A stretch of DNA of 64,000 nucleotides from Camelus dromedarius (Eukaryota), in assembly GCF_036321535.1 (NCBI RefSeq), contig NC_087437.1, positions 88,042,001 through 88,106,000 on the forward strand, given 5' to 3'. Positions 48,275-62,339 of the stretch are shown here, in pieces. Both the position numbers and the translations under genes were made by a program. Under the pieces are notes generated by a model. The model did no database searches. It worked only from the letters and a program-made list of their open reading frames with translations, and was not told the origin of the DNA. Each line of letters starts with the position of its first letter. Position 1 is the first letter of the stretch.

Positions 48275-51255
48275 GCATTCCCTTCCTTTTCATATTAAAA
48301 GATGAAAAGGAGAATCTGATCATCTTGATGCCCAAGGGTAGGTGAGTTCATCAAACTCTCCTTAAGGTCTTGAAGGCTATGTCCTTTTGTTCTTCCTATA
48401 AAACTGGATCAGGGTTGTTACAAAATGTAGAGAGGTTTGGCCGTAAGAGAGAAATGTGGAATTCAGTTTCACCAATAACCAACTAGCCCAAGTCAACCTG
48501 ACAGTTAGTGCTTAGTTTTGTGCTTTAGGAGACTTTAGGAAGCCATAAAGTCTATCTGGGTCTAGGTGTGCCCCTTGTTCTAATATCAGATGCTCTAAAT
48601 ATCGACTCTGGGTTTGGGCAAACTGCAATTTTTCTTCAGTGACCTCATGCCCCTTTAAGACTAAAGGCTTTAGCAACTGAATGCTGTTTTCTTGTGAGGA
48701 GGCTTGAGAAGAGCAAAGCAGCACATCATCCACACAGTGCAACCATGGAGAACCCCAGGGAACTTTATATCACCCAGATCGGCTAGTAGGACTTCTGAGT
48801 AATAATAACCCCGAGCCATTACTGTCGAAGTGAATAGTTCTCCTCATGTAAAGGCAAAAAGGTATTGCTCAGCTTCCTTAACTGGAATACTAAAGATGCA
48901 CCGCGTAGGTCGGTCAGGTGAGAAACCTGCTTCCGGGGGACGGACGTTAGTGCCATGTGAGGATCAGGAACAACAGGGGTGTCAAGGGATAACAAGGCTG
49001 TCAACTGCTTGGAGGCCCTGGACAAACCTCCACCCTCAGCCCTCAGGTTTTCTTACCAGAAAATGGAGAGTATTATAAGGACTGATAAAAGGGATAATGA
49101 AGCCTTGACCCTTGTAACCTGCTATGATGGGTTTTATGCCTTGAAGGCTTTACTTATAGGTATTGATTAATTCTGAGAAGAGGTTCTGAGAGATCTATTT
49201 GAATCTTGATGGGAGGTGCACAGTGAATTTTGCCAAAATCAGTTGAAGGTTTTGCCCATAAGGAGGGTGGTACATGATTCAATAAGGACTAATGATTAAT
49301 GTTCCCAGAATCAGCTCCAGTCCCATTAGAGACAGAGCAAATGAAAGATACCAAATGTTCATTAAATTCAAATTCACCTGGTTGGCTGCTTTGATGACTA
49401 CTGTCACATTCTAGAATTATTTCCCCCTTTTAGGGGAAAGAAATTTCTGCATGATATTTCTCTAAGAAGTCTTGGCCTGATAAACAGATAGGGTGAAGGA
49501 GTTGAGGAGAAAAGGCTGTGTGTCTCAAAGGGCCTAAACAAAAAGGAATATGTTCAGAGATGGGAACCTTCTGCAGTTCACTAGAGACCCCCACGATCTG
49601 AGCTGTTTCAGTACTCCGGGGCAGGGGCTGTTTTATAGTAGTGGGGTTGAGCACTGACAGTGTGGCTCCAGTCACTTAGGAGTGGAATAGATCATCCCCA
49701 ATCTGGAGAAATGTTTCTGCAAGCTGATTAACAGGAAAGATTAGGAAGATCCTTGTAGTTCTTCAGAGCCCTGTGATTAAGAACTGGGAGGATGTTGGAA
49801 AGACTGGTTCGTTGACTGAAAGAACCTGAAGAGCTTGAATCTGTAACAATCTATTTTCCAATGTCCTGGCTCTTTGCAATGACAACAGAAACTAGAAGAT
49901 TTGGCTTTGTTTAGGGGACTTAATTTGCTGGAGTTGACTAAGAATTTTAGTAGTCTTTCTTTTAGGTGACTCATCTAGAGTGTGAGAGAGCTGGTTTGCC
50001 AGATTAAGCAAATCTGGAGTGGACATAGTTTCCCATCCCATCCTGGTCCTTTTTACTGGTAGGGAAAGGTCCCCGTTTAGCCCATTAATAAACACAGATG
50101 TAAAAGATACCCAGGTGGAACCAACATCTGAAGGAAGACCAGAATCTCCTTCAAAAACAATCCGAAGTCAATTAAAATAGTCATGAACAGATTTATCAGA
50201 TTTTTGTGTGTGAAGCTGAATTTTGTTGCAATCAACAGACTTCGGAAAAGCCTTAGGAACTGGTTGACCAAGTCACCTAGCAACTGTCCACATCTGATCA
50301 TACAATAAGTTAGAAGGCTGATCTCTCAGTCCTAAAGACCTTTCAGGATTTTCATCCAATGCTGGACCTGGCCTTCACCTACAAGCATATGAACTAGCTG
50401 ATGTAAGTCAGAGAAAGCAGGTTAAGTTTGAATGACGATATTTATTTCTCTGTGAGGATCATCGGTTACTTTGGGAAAATGCTTGACTATGGCCTACATT
50501 TCAGCTATAGTCCAGGGAATATAAGAAATTAAGGGTTTAGCTTTTGGATTCTCAGGAGGTTTAATTTTAAAGGGATGGGTTCTGATAGGTTCAGAGGAAA
50601 AGGGGGTGAGAAGAGTTTCAGGGAAAAAGGGAAATTCAGCAAGAGAATGAGTATGGGAAACTGGGGGTACAGGGAAATTGTAGTGGGTAAAAAAGGGAAG
50701 GAGAAAGAGTTCAAAGTACAGTGGCTTTTCATTGGCTGATTTGTGACAGTGTCTCACCGACAAGAGGAGGGAGTCTCTTCCTCCTGCAGGGCTCTGCTAG
50801 TATTGGAGGGCACGAGAAGTTCCCTGTCTGGTCTCCCAACTCTCTTTTAATTGAGATTTCTGTTCATCAGTTTTTACACCTATCAAATAAAAGTTCCAGG
50901 AAGACAGAAAAAGAGAAAATAAAGGGGATATCTCATCAAACCAAAGGAAATTTTTCATAACACCCAAAACCACAAACACTGAGATCTACAAAAATGCTCC
51001 AAGTGTTAAGACAATTAAAAAAAAAATCACCGTCTTAGACAATTGTGTAATTTCACAGGACTCAACAGAATTCAGAGAAACTGTTAAACGTTTCCCTAGA
51101 GGAATAATACTGTTCACACAGGAACTGATGCTTTGCAAACTCCAGGGGGCGCCATGCATGTGACATTCTCTGGCATTATGTCCCAAAGTCAGAAAATGCC
51201 TCCTGGATCTGGGCAGTTCTTTAGTACTGGATGGGGATTAGAAGTCAATAGATCA
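48275..51255 (-). mobile_element. Decayed class I (gamma-like, ERV1) provirus internal region: leader, gag, pro and RT
   Basis: Minus-strand ORF fragments in proper order: capsid-like (FINGLNGDLSLPVKRTRMGWE), CCHC knuckle (CHCKEPGHWKIDC context), protease (TGATLSVL), RT (PVVPDPH; CVDDVLL for YVDDLLL; KLQFAQTQSRYL). Many frameshifts and stops. Confidence 0.88.
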
Positions 51256-51259
51256 ATAC

Positions 51260-51780
51260 TGTGGGCATCATATGAAATATATTGGTCTTCATCCCTGGTT
51301 TGTAGCACAGAGCTCCTAAAACCCTTGCTATGTCCTAAGGAACAGGCATATCTATTATTCATGATAAGCACTTCTGAACACACTTAATTTTATACTAATG
51401 AGGTGACTTAGGGTGGGGCCCCTAGAGAGCTTTAGGATGGAGTGGTCACCAGAAAGGCCAAATGATTCAAAGGTTGGCACTTTGAGCCCCACCCATTGAC
51501 CTCTGGGAAGAGCAGGGGTTGCTTCAGATTGAGCTCTATAAACACTCTCCGACAAGTAGATTTGATGAATTTCCAGGTTAGTTCATGCATCTACCTGCTA
51601 GAAGGGTGGTGCACTTAGTTCCCGGGGGCAGAAGCTCCTGCACTTGGGACCCGTCTGGACCTTGCGTATGTACCTCTTCATCTGGCTATTTATCTATATT
51701 CTTTATAATATTCTTTATAATAAACTGGCAAATATAAGTAAATGTTCCTCTGAGTTCTGTGAGCTGCTCTACCAAATTAA
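51260..51780 (+). mobile_element. LTR (MER21-like), 3'-truncated
   Basis: atattggtcttcatccctggttt.tagcacagagctcctaaaacccttg...gctaatgaggtgactta-like...aataaactgg...ctgagttctgtgagctgctcta. Confidence 0.75.
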
Positions 51781-51844
51781 CAGAAATTTAGAAAAAGAAA
51801 TTCAATCAATCAAACAAATCAAGAAGGAATTTTAAAAAAGATGT

Positions 51845-51990
51845 CTTGTAGTAACTTACGGTGAAAAAGAATATGAAAACAAATATATGTATGTTTCTAT
51901 ATGACTGAAGCATTACGCTGTACACCAGAAATTGACACACCATTGGAAACTGACTATACTTCAATAAAAATATATTTTAAAAAATTTTAG
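51845..51990 (+). mobile_element. Very short L1 3' end
   Basis: tcttgtagtaacttacggtgaaaaagaatatg...gactatacttcaataaaaa, the same 3' end as the 14456-15339 copy. Confidence 0.85.
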
Positions 51991-54900
51991 TTAAAAAAAG
52001 AGAAAGCAGTGTGAAAGACAAAACATGAAATGGCAGGAGTAAGTTCAAATATATTTGTTATTATAATATATAAAGTCTTCTATGAAAAGAATAGTTAGAT
52101 TTTTAAAAATCTATGTATAATTTAAAAAAACTGTTCTTACCACGAAATTGGCTGAAAGTTTGAAAATGATATATTAATCAAATGCTACAAAAACAAGAAC
52201 AATTTTGACAATACTACAATCAAGGACAAATAGAATTTACATTTATAAAACAGGAAAGAATACTTTTTTGATATTGGTCAAATATACACTGTGCCTCTTT
52301 CTATCATTTTATAAACCCCCTTCTCAAGAAAGAATCATCAGCCTCAGCTCAGAGGCTCTGCAAGCACTGCTAGTGCCTTAGCACTTACAACTTCTCGTCT
52401 TTAGTGTGTTTATTTTTATAGTTAAGTTCTATTCACTTTGGGATATTTCACTTTGGCTTTCTTTCTTTCTTTTTTTTTTCCACTTTGGCTTTCCAATGAC
52501 AGTTTTCTTTTTCAAATAAATCTTCTGAAGTATAAAAAGCAAGTGAAAGTAAAACATACCAAGGAAACAATAGCATATACGAGGCTTGGGTAGAGCGAAA
52601 TACTTGAAGGCACCATATGACACTACACAAATACAACAAAAACCAAAAGGTGACTGATGCTGCACAGGACAGCAAGCTGCTCACCCAGTCTGAAGAGAGC
52701 AAGCCTGCATCTCCCAGCCTCCCTCCCCAGGGCACCGAGGCCTGGCCGATGGAATGTGAGTGGAAGTCAAATTTTAATCTCCATCATGCAACCTTCTGCT
52801 CTCTTCCTCTTCTGCTGACTGAACCTCAGGCTCTAGTGAAAGAAAGAAGGATAAAACCAAAGGAGCTCTTCGGGAGTTTAACTGTGCTGCCATAGAGGTA
52901 ACAGCAGTTACTGACACAGGCTGCCTTGCAGTCCAGGAAGATTTCCCTTTAGAAAGTCTTCAGGGCAGTGGACTTTTTCTTTCATTCAGTGCGTTGATAG
53001 CAGGATGGAGAGACTCACACACCGAAACACACTCACTCACTCCACACACTTATGCCTAGTGTTCTACTGGTTTGATTTATGTTCCTTGATCTAACTGAGG
53101 TTTTTATTGTATTATGTGTGATAACCAGGTTTTCTCCTTTATCAGCATTTGAATAATCAACAGAATTCATCATATACTTAAGAGGATACTTTTTTTTTTT
53201 TTTGAGGTTTTAGCAATGAATTTAATACAGGCAAGGGAAAGCTCTAATTATAGATGCGTCTCGTCTGTTCATCGCAGCCAGCCCAGAAACAGGCTTAGAA
53301 AGGATCTGGAAGCTCCTGCTTCAAGTTGTGGCAGTATGGTCATAAATTAGTAAAACCACATAAAAAAATTACAAGGTTAAGGATCTTCACTACTTTAGAC
53401 TGCTCTTTTTCCAGTTAGCACCAAATAAAGTTCTTGTATTATACTTATGAGAGTACTTACACTATTTATGTATGTGTGAATTGTCCTTTTGTATATTTGT
53501 TTTTCCATGTGTGTAACAAATTCCTAATCATGAGTGACCCATATTCACTATCAAGTTTCTGGGCTAATTTTTTCATTTACTCAGACATTACTGGGTACAA
53601 AACTGGTTGGGTGTCGTGAGAGATACTCTTTACTCTAGACCTGAGGGACTTGAGACTAGGCTCCTGTTCTCAAAAAGGTCTAATGGGGGAAAAAATGGAG
53701 AGAAAAAAAAAAATCCCAGTATAGTAGAATAAATTCACTCCAGTCAAATAAATGAAAATGGAAATATTAGTGAGAGGTTATTTTTGACTAGTAAAGATGA
53801 CTATTATTTTTTAATGTTAGTGTATGAGAAAAATGGATTATCTCATACAATGCTAAGAGAATAAAAATGGGTAGATCCTGGTTACAATTTGGGAATATGC
53901 AGTAAGTGCCTTAAAATGTGCACACTTTTGGCCCAGAGATTCAAATTCTTTGATTCTGTCATGAAGCAGCAGCCATGAATGTATGCAACAAATGTGCTTC
54001 GAGGATACTCACACAGCGTTGTTACTACTGGTACAGAATTATAATTAATTTACATGGCCAATAATTAGTACATTTTTTATAAACCAGCCACAGGGAAGAC
54101 TGCTACACAGCTTTTAGAAAAAGATGCTGTAGAAGAGGATATAGACATGAAAAACATCTTCACATTACATTTTTATATTAAATGAAAAAATAACTTACAA
54201 ATAAATCCATCCTTAGGTGTTTACATTTATCTTCGGGTAGCAGAGTCTCAGGGATTTTTATTTTCTGGTATATGCATACTGATACTTCCTAATCTGGAAA
54301 TGTCCTTGGAGCAAACAACTGACTCTAGGGAAATGGGAGACCATCAAATCCATTACGGAGAGATTCTGTTATGTATGTGCAGCTTTTCTGTGTGAGATGG
54401 GCCCAAGGTAGGGTGGTCATATTAATTTAGAATTCAAATCCTGAGGATTTGTATAGAAAGTGTCAATTGTTTCACCGTCTGCTTGATACTCTGAAAATTC
54501 AGGAATCACTGATAATATTTTGGCATCTTCCCTCTTTACTCAGCTGCTACTGCAACACACCAGCATGTGGATGGTACTCAGCAGCCCTAGCAAAGTGGAA
54601 GAGTATGTTTATTAATTTACTTAAAGAATTTTGTCTACACTTTTAGTGTTACAACAGTTAGAGCTTGCTGGTAGGGGTCACATAAAGTCAATGTTATACC
54701 TTCAACGATGAGACCAGCCTACAGGAAAAGTACTGTAAATTTTTTTTTTTAACTTGGCTTCTGTGGTTGGAGAGAGTTAGCTGTCACCTTGACTGAATGA
54801 GATTTATTATTTCCATGGAGTGAGATTTTTTTTATATAATGACTGAATTTCTCTTAGTTATTTATAAAATCAATTAAATGAATACATGCATTAGTTATTA

Positions 54901-55307
54901 ACCTTGGTGTTATAATTTTATCCACTTAAGTGCTATTTATCATCTGTATCCTCAATACCAGGCAAGCAGCCTGAGGAAGTTCAGGGAAAACTATGTTTGC
55001 CAATAGATTAAGATGGAATCTGAAGTTGATTTGCCTTTTATAGGTCCTTTAAGAGAGAAAAATTTTCTACTGGATGTCTGAGATAGGGACTAATACGTGA
55101 GTACATTCCTATGTAAGGAAAATGCATTCTATTTTCTACAAGAAGTTATGTCATAAACAGTTAAGAGTTAGTGGCCCCATCAGGATAAAGTGACCAGAAC
55201 TATCTCAAAGACAGGAAGGATCTAACTGGGTAACCAAAGGAAGAATAAAGGACTGGAAAGATGCCTTTGAAGAAGGGGAAGGTGACAGGCTGAGGAAGGC
55301 AAAATAA

Positions 55308-55313
<6 letters not shown>

Positions 55314-55343
<30 letters not shown>
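55314..55343 (+). repeat. (AG)n microsatellite, ~15 units
   Basis: Perfect agagag run. Confidence 0.95.
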
Positions 55344-55344
<1 letters not shown>

Positions 55345-56145
55345 CATGAATACCATCTAGACCTAGCCATAAGCCAGCTACTGACTGATGTCAATATTGG
55401 GTTAAGTTTTCTTTTTTTAAACCTGCCTTCAGGAAACTACATCATTTCTATGGTTTGGTATTCTGGATTTGGTTAATTTGGCATTTTAAAAAATACTTTT
55501 TCTTTTTTAGTTTTCTAATAAAATTCCACTTGAAAAAAACACCAGCACAAAAGATACACATGCCATCTGTACAACTGAAGAGGATCCGTGAGCCCTCAGC
55601 GTTGATTCTGGCTTGCCTATATATTATTTGCATGATTTGGATGAGTTCATCCAGACTTCTCTGAGCTTTAGATTTTACTTCTGTGAAATGTCAAGTTTGG
55701 TCTATGGGGTTCCCAAAATACATTCTGGGTTTACATTCTATCATTTGATGATAATGAGAAAATGCCTGTGCACACCGAGGGGCTGCTCATGGTAGCACGC
55801 TCAATCTGCTTGAGAAGCACAAAGTGTCTGGAAGTATTTGCAACAGTTGGAGGCCAAGATGGAAAGAGTGGGGACAACAGCAAGCATTATGAAATTTCGG
55901 CCTTAACTTTTCATTCATATTCAGATATAAACAACTTGGGCATAAATGTAAAAATATCTCAGTGTAGACTTCAGAAGTGGTGGTTAAAGTATCAGTCGCC
56001 ATAAGCTGAGGTACAGGGTGATACACCTGTGGCAGTACTTAATCTGAGAATAGGGAGGAACAAAAAGATTCCTTTCTTTTGGGTACTGAAAAAAATATAT
56101 TGAAGGATACATTTATAAGCAAGAATTGCTGAATGTTTATTGCGC

Positions 56146-56697
56146 TGTTTGGGGGATTTAAAATGGCCCCACATTCTTTGCCATTCCTCCTATCCAGGAG
56201 TAAAGGTCTGTGTCCCCTCTCCTTAAATCCTCGTTGCTCTAGGCCTGCTTTGACCATTAGATTATGGCAAAAACAACACCGTGCCAGTTTCCAGGACCTG
56301 ACTGTAAGAAACTGGCAGCTTCTACTTCCTGTTTCTTTAAAAACTTTTTCTAGGAGCCTTGCACTGTCCTGTAAGAAATCCAACTACCTTACAACTATCA
56401 TGCTATAAAGGTCACTTGTTGGTGCTCTGGTCAACAGTTCCAGCTGAACTCAGTCTTCCAGACTATCCTGCCACAGAAACAGTCACGTGAGTGAAAGGTC
56501 TTGGACCTCCCAGACCATCCCAGTCATCAGTTTATGTAACTTGAGGATCCCTATCAATCCCATATGGAGGAGAAGAGTCTCTCGGCTAAATCCTGTTCAA
56601 TTTCTTTAACTGTAAAACTGTGATGTAGATCAAAACTGTTGTTTGACACTCCTAAATCTTGGGGTAAGTTATTAAGCAGCAATAGGTAACTGAAACA
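56146..56697 (+). mobile_element. MaLR LTR (MLT1G/H-like)
   Basis: aaatggccccacattctttgccattcctcctatc...gaaactggcagcttctacttcctg...gcagcaataggtaactgaaaca. ORFs 56039..56383 and 56133..56408 lie in or overlap it. Confidence 0.8.
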
Positions 56698-59105
56698 ATA
56701 TGATAAAACATTCTTGACATAAGTCTTCTTTCCTTGAAATCTTATTTGGTTTGTGGTATCCTGGGGAGACAGTTTATGAAATCAGACCTTCTAATCTTGA
56801 ATCCTATTGGATGACTTCTTGAGTATTACATCTAGACAGAGAATTGTATTACTTCCATTCATCTTTTTGCTTATTTTCCTTTATATTCTTGAGTGGCTAC
56901 CTGGCAATGAAAGGACTAGAATTCCTTTATGTCTGTAGAAAGGTAATCCAACCTCCATTAGGTAAAATCCAACAATCCCTTATTCTAAACTGGCAATTTT
57001 TCCCCAAATATTTCTGCCTTCCATGGTTGACACCATGTTGGGATTGGGAGACAGTCTCTACCAGCTGGATTTAGATAGAAGAGCCAAGACTTTTGAAAGA
57101 TAATTTTTTTTTTTTTTACTACTTCACTAATCCTGTTCACCTCAGGCAAATTACTCAAACTCTCTGAACACCAGATTTGCTTTTTTTTTTTTTTTAATAA
57201 AATGAGGATAATAAATACTTCTCTGTTGTATGCAAGTATATGTTGGTATCATAGTATATACTATGGTTGGTAGCAAGTATATACTATAAAGCGTCTTCCA
57301 TAAAATAACCTGGCCATATAATATGACATAATAGTAAGGAATGAATTGATATTAGAAACAGCTTCTCCCAGATTCCAGTCCCAAATCTATCTCTTTTTCT
57401 ATTCACTTCAACAATTCCTGAATGCCTCCCATCTTTCAGGCTCTGATCTATACGCTTGAGATACAAAGATAGGTAAGTCACACCTTCTGGCTTTGAGAAG
57501 CCCAGAGATCAAGAAGGAATTTATAAATTAAATCAAGTATGTAAAATTGGACAGCTGACATCTGAGGAATTATAAGGGCTCATTTACACATCATGGCAGC
57601 TTTAAGAACAGAAAACAAAAAAACAGTAAAGTTATTAAGATACAGTGTGAAACTCAGCAGGAGAGATTATCTGCAAGCACAGAGTGAAGCAGGACACAAA
57701 TCACGTTCTCAAAATCACAGTCAGAGAAGAAGTTGAGAGCAAGAAAAATATTCTTGAATAAAATCTGAGCAACAAAACCCCAAGTGAATTAAACAGGCAG
57801 AATGAGCCTTTTGGATGGCATTTTGTAAAAGGGTTGGTATATGCTATTTTTGTTAAAGAGATTTAAAAGAAGGTAAACTTGAACAGTTGGTGTCAGTAGT
57901 ACAAAACTCATTGTCAAACTGGACCATTAGGCCATGAGAAACTGAAAGTGAAACTAATGGAAATAAATTCTTCGTAGCTCACCTACCGACATGAATGTGT
58001 ACATATGTATATTGAATCTGATGTACAGCAGCTCTAAAAGCCACCTGATCTCTCCCCTAAAGATGTACAACACCTCCTGATACATATTCAGCCAGGGGTC
58101 TGTTTCAGGCAACATGGAGAGCATTAGGAGGAAAAATAAAAAAGCATACGCAAAACTCACTAGCTGCATCCACGCCATCCTCCAGGTCCATCTCCTGCCT
58201 CCTAAGCCTTCCTGTTATTTCTCCAGACAAAAGAGTTCATTCGATGAAGGGTATTTAAAAGGCAATGATATGTTGTGATAATATATGTTGGCACTTCACT
58301 CATTCAAAAGTATTAACTGAGTACCAGCTATATTTCCAGTATACATACTAAATTATGTAAATTTTATTTTTTAACACAAGTGATTATTTTAGCAATTAGT
58401 TTTCATTAACTATCTTAAGACTCCCTCCAGCCTTAATACCCAGTGATCCTGGAGCCAAGATTTCTTTGGGAAAACTATTTTTGCCTAAATGAAAATTTTA
58501 TTCTATCTCCACTCCAAAATCCATTACCCAACTTAAATGTGTCTGTTTTTGTACAAAACTGTGTCTGGCTTAGGACAAACCTATCATCAGTATTCAAAAC
58601 AACGGAAAATATATGAATTTGATTGTTATGTTTTGAAAGTGTCCAAAACAGAGATAACTTAGTATCTCTGTCAAAGATATCTATAGTTAGAAAAAGTATA
58701 CTTTAAAAAGTATGATATATATACTTTATAACGTAAGTAAATTAATATTGAGATCTGCCCTAAAAATGTCTTAGGGTACATTGACTTTAAAAATCATTAA
58801 AATATTTCAAGGTTAAAAAAAGGAATTGAAGCATTAAAAATGTAGATCTAAAATTAGGATTTTAGGATCAGATGGTACAATTCATTTTTTCAAGGATATT
58901 TTGATACTTGGTTAACCATATATTTTTCCACGATTTCCAAATTTCCTATTTAGATACAAAAACTTTACAAAATGTATAATAGTAACATTGATCCTGACCT
59001 TATGTAGGGAATATTTTATTCTGCTGAGTATCTATTTTTAGATTTTTATTTTGATGTTTACTAGAAGAATGTCTCCTCTTAAATTATGTGAATAAATGTT
59101 AAGAA

Positions 59106-59420
59106 CTGAAATTATTTACAAAATAGAAACAGACTCACAGACATAGAAAACAAACTTATGGTTACCAAAGGGGTAAGGGGATGGATAGGGATAAATTGAA
59201 AGTTTGAGATTTGCAGATACACACTACTATATATAAAATAGATAAACAACAAGGTCCTACTGTATAGCACAGGGAACTATATTCAATTTCTTGTAGTAAC
59301 TTATGATAAAAAAGACTATGAAAACAAAATATGCATGTTGCTATATGACTAAAGTATTTTGCTGTAAACCAGAAATTGACACAACATTGTAAACTGACCA
59401 TACTTCAATTAAAAAAAAAA
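59106..59420 (+). mobile_element. Short L1 3' end with poly-A
   Basis: ttatttacaaaatagaaacagactcacagacatagaaaacaaacttatggttacc...cttcaatt plus A-tail. Confidence 0.9.
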
Positions 59421-59994
59421 AGGATTCACAAATCTAGGAATTTCTGCCTGGAACATCTGATACACAGGAAGAAATATATTTTCTTTAGATATCTTTAAGT
59501 AGAAGACATTTTCTGAATAATCTATTTATGAATCATACTTTTGACACTTTTTCACTGAATGTTATTATTTTAATTAACTCATCCTTAATGACAATATTCC
59601 ATGAAGTTTTAAGTTGGATAAACATTTGAATTCCTTAGGAACTGAGAATATTATCACCAAATTTTGCTCATACAAAAGTATAATAAAGCCCAAGGAAAGC
59701 CTGAATCCGAAATCAATCTCAAAATCTTTCAAAGAGAGGTTATCTATTTACCTGGTTCTATTAAAGAATGTAATCCCTACATTATATAAAATACAACTTT
59801 CGTGTCATGTAATTAGGAGTTAACAGTGACATACAATCTTTTTTTTAAACCTCAGGGGCAAATAGTTGCCATTCCCATTTTTTGGTTCCTGGTACACTGT
59901 CATTATTGGCATAACCCTTCTCTGGTTTGGTTTTGTCTTATTTAACTTTACTCTAGTTCCTCTTCAGATCCTATTCCAACTCATATCTGCACCC

Positions 59995-60840
59995 CTCCTC
60001 CCAGGGTATATGCTGATGTATTTTATGTCCTAGAAAGTTTCTGTATCTCTAAAACACACAGCGTTTCTTTTGTATGCATGTGTTTTTAATTTACGCAAAT
60101 GATACTGCTCTCTGTATTTTTCACTTAGCGTGCTTTCAAGATCTATCCACGTGGCTTTGATTACATCTAGTTCGTTCTTTCTGACTATTTCATAGAATAC
60201 TATAATAAGCATCATCACATTTCATCTATCCGTTATCTCAGTGATGGACAACTAAGGTGCCTGCGGATGCCCACTTCACAAATAGTGCTGAGGTAAACTC
60301 TCTTGTATCTGTTTCTTTATGGGCCTGTGCGAGATTGCCCCTGGGCAAATGACCAGGAGTGGGGTTTCTGAGTCAAAGGTTACATGCATTATTTACTTGT
60401 CTATCGTATTTGTCTTTCCAGAGAACCAGTTCTTGGTTTTGTTGAACTTTTCTTTTCACCTTAGTTTTTTTTTTTTTTGTCATTCTCTATTTTATTGATT
60501 CTGCCTCTATCTTTATTTCCTTCTCCTTTTCCCCCTACCAGCTTTACTCTGTTGTTCTTTCTCTACCTTCTTGAGTTGCACTCCTAGTTCATTTGTTTTT
60601 AATTATTCTGGTTTTCTAATAAATGCATTCAAGACTATGTTTCCATCGCATGTTGCTTTAGGAATGTTCCTTACACTTGATATATCATACATTGTCTTTT
60701 AGTTCTAAGTATTTTGTAAGTTCCCCCTTTTTTTCTATTTAATCAAAGGTCATTAATAGTATGCTATTTAAAGTCTCTAAAACATGGTCTATGTGTGTGC
60801 ATGTGTTTTTAAAGATATGCTTTTATGCCTAGTTCTACAG
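59995..60840 (-). mobile_element. Old L1M fragments
   Basis: ttttcacttagc...ttcaagatctatccacgt...gatggaca; minus ORF 60030..60218 resembles the L1 ORF2 end (KNELDVIKATWIDL). Confidence 0.65.
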
Positions 60841-60849
60841 ATAAATTGA

Positions 60850-62339
60850 TATAACATGTTGGGGGTGGAGTGAACAGAAACCACTGCTATATTATGGACC
60901 TATTCAAGTGTGGTCCTGAGAGACAATGATGAAAGGAAATCCTCCCAGAGGGCAGAGCTTTGAGCAGCACACCAGGTCATCACCATTGTGGGGACAGAAG
61001 AGTAGCCTGAAAAAAGACTATAAGATCGTGAGAAGTGCCATGTGGCTTGGCTGGTGGGTCAGGAGACTGGATGAACCAAGACTGAAAGATAACAGATGAA
61101 GGAAGACTGAGGAAGAGGCAGGTGGATACATCTTTAGAAGGAGCAGAAAATGAAGATGAGGAAGTGAAAACCAAGTGTACAGAATAACTCGTGCAGGGAG
61201 GTTACCTCGCCTCTGTCCCCAGCTGTGCCAGTGCTCACGGTGAGCCTATGAAGAGTAGTCATCGGGGTGGAGATGGAGGCTATCTGTGGATTTAATTGCA
61301 TCGCTTCCTTTTACTAATGCTAATCCAACTGCTGCTGCAGCTGAATATCAGGTCTGCCAGGAGCAGAGACGGATGCTGGGCCCTAAAATGGTACTGCCCT
61401 CAAGGAGATCAGTCAACAACTATGTGGCAAATTGGCTGCACTGGACCTCATCACAGCTAAGGAAGCATAACAACACGCAGATGACCAGAACCAACCAGTC
61501 CCACCATACACCACATCACCAGAATCTACCAGTCTGATAGAATGTTGAAATAGCCTCTTCACAGGTACAAACCGAGGCATCAGCTTGTGGATGACACTCT
61601 GTGGCACAGGATATGATATATATTTTGAACCAATGGTCATTATATGTGCTGTGACTGACAGCCAGGACACATGGGTTTAGGAATTAAAGGATAGAAATAG
61701 GAGTCATTCTTATCATCACAGCCACTCTGGATGTTTGTACTTTTATTGGCAAAGCTTGGGTTATGCAGGATTACAGGGGACCAGTAAGGTTCTACTGAAT
61801 CTGAGGCTGTGGCTGCCACCTGTTCATTTTTGGCTCCTCAAGCCAATAGGCCAGGAAGCAAATAAGAGTTACTACATAGGAGGGTGTAATTGACTTTTTA
61901 TCATGAAAAGATAGAGTTACCACTGTGTAATGGGGGCAAAAAGAAGTATGTCTGGAACTTAGGGGATTCACTGAGTTCTTCTTGGTGATTCCATCTCTAA
62001 CTATGACAGTGAAAAGTCAATTGCAACAACCATAGATTGGTTAGAAAACAGTAAAAAGGGATAGGGATGAAGGTCTGAGTTTCACTGAAGTGAAGCAACC
62101 TGGCCTAGTGGGAACGCTAGCCCAGAGGGGCGCACCAAACAGTGGCTGCCGCAGACGTGGGCCGCTGCACGGCAGATACAGGCCCGGGACTGATGGCGGC
62201 AGCAGGGACTGCAGGCTGTCCCATCAGCTTTCTGTTGTTAGTATTTCATTTCATTTCATTTTAAAATTTTGACCGGCCACTAAATTGAAGAGTAGTGACT
62301 AGACAGTGGGGAAAGTGTGCAGTGCAAAGGGTAGGTTAC
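60850..62339 (+). mobile_element. Ancient ERVL-class internal region (RNase H, integrase, dUTPase remnants) attached to a 3' LTR
   Basis: ERKSSQRAEL (cf. EGKSSQWAEL), CQEQRRMLGP...GDQ.T.WQIG.TGP (cf. ERVL integrase), HTPHH, LWLPPVHF. PPT-like aaagggtagg directly before the LTR. Confidence 0.75.
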
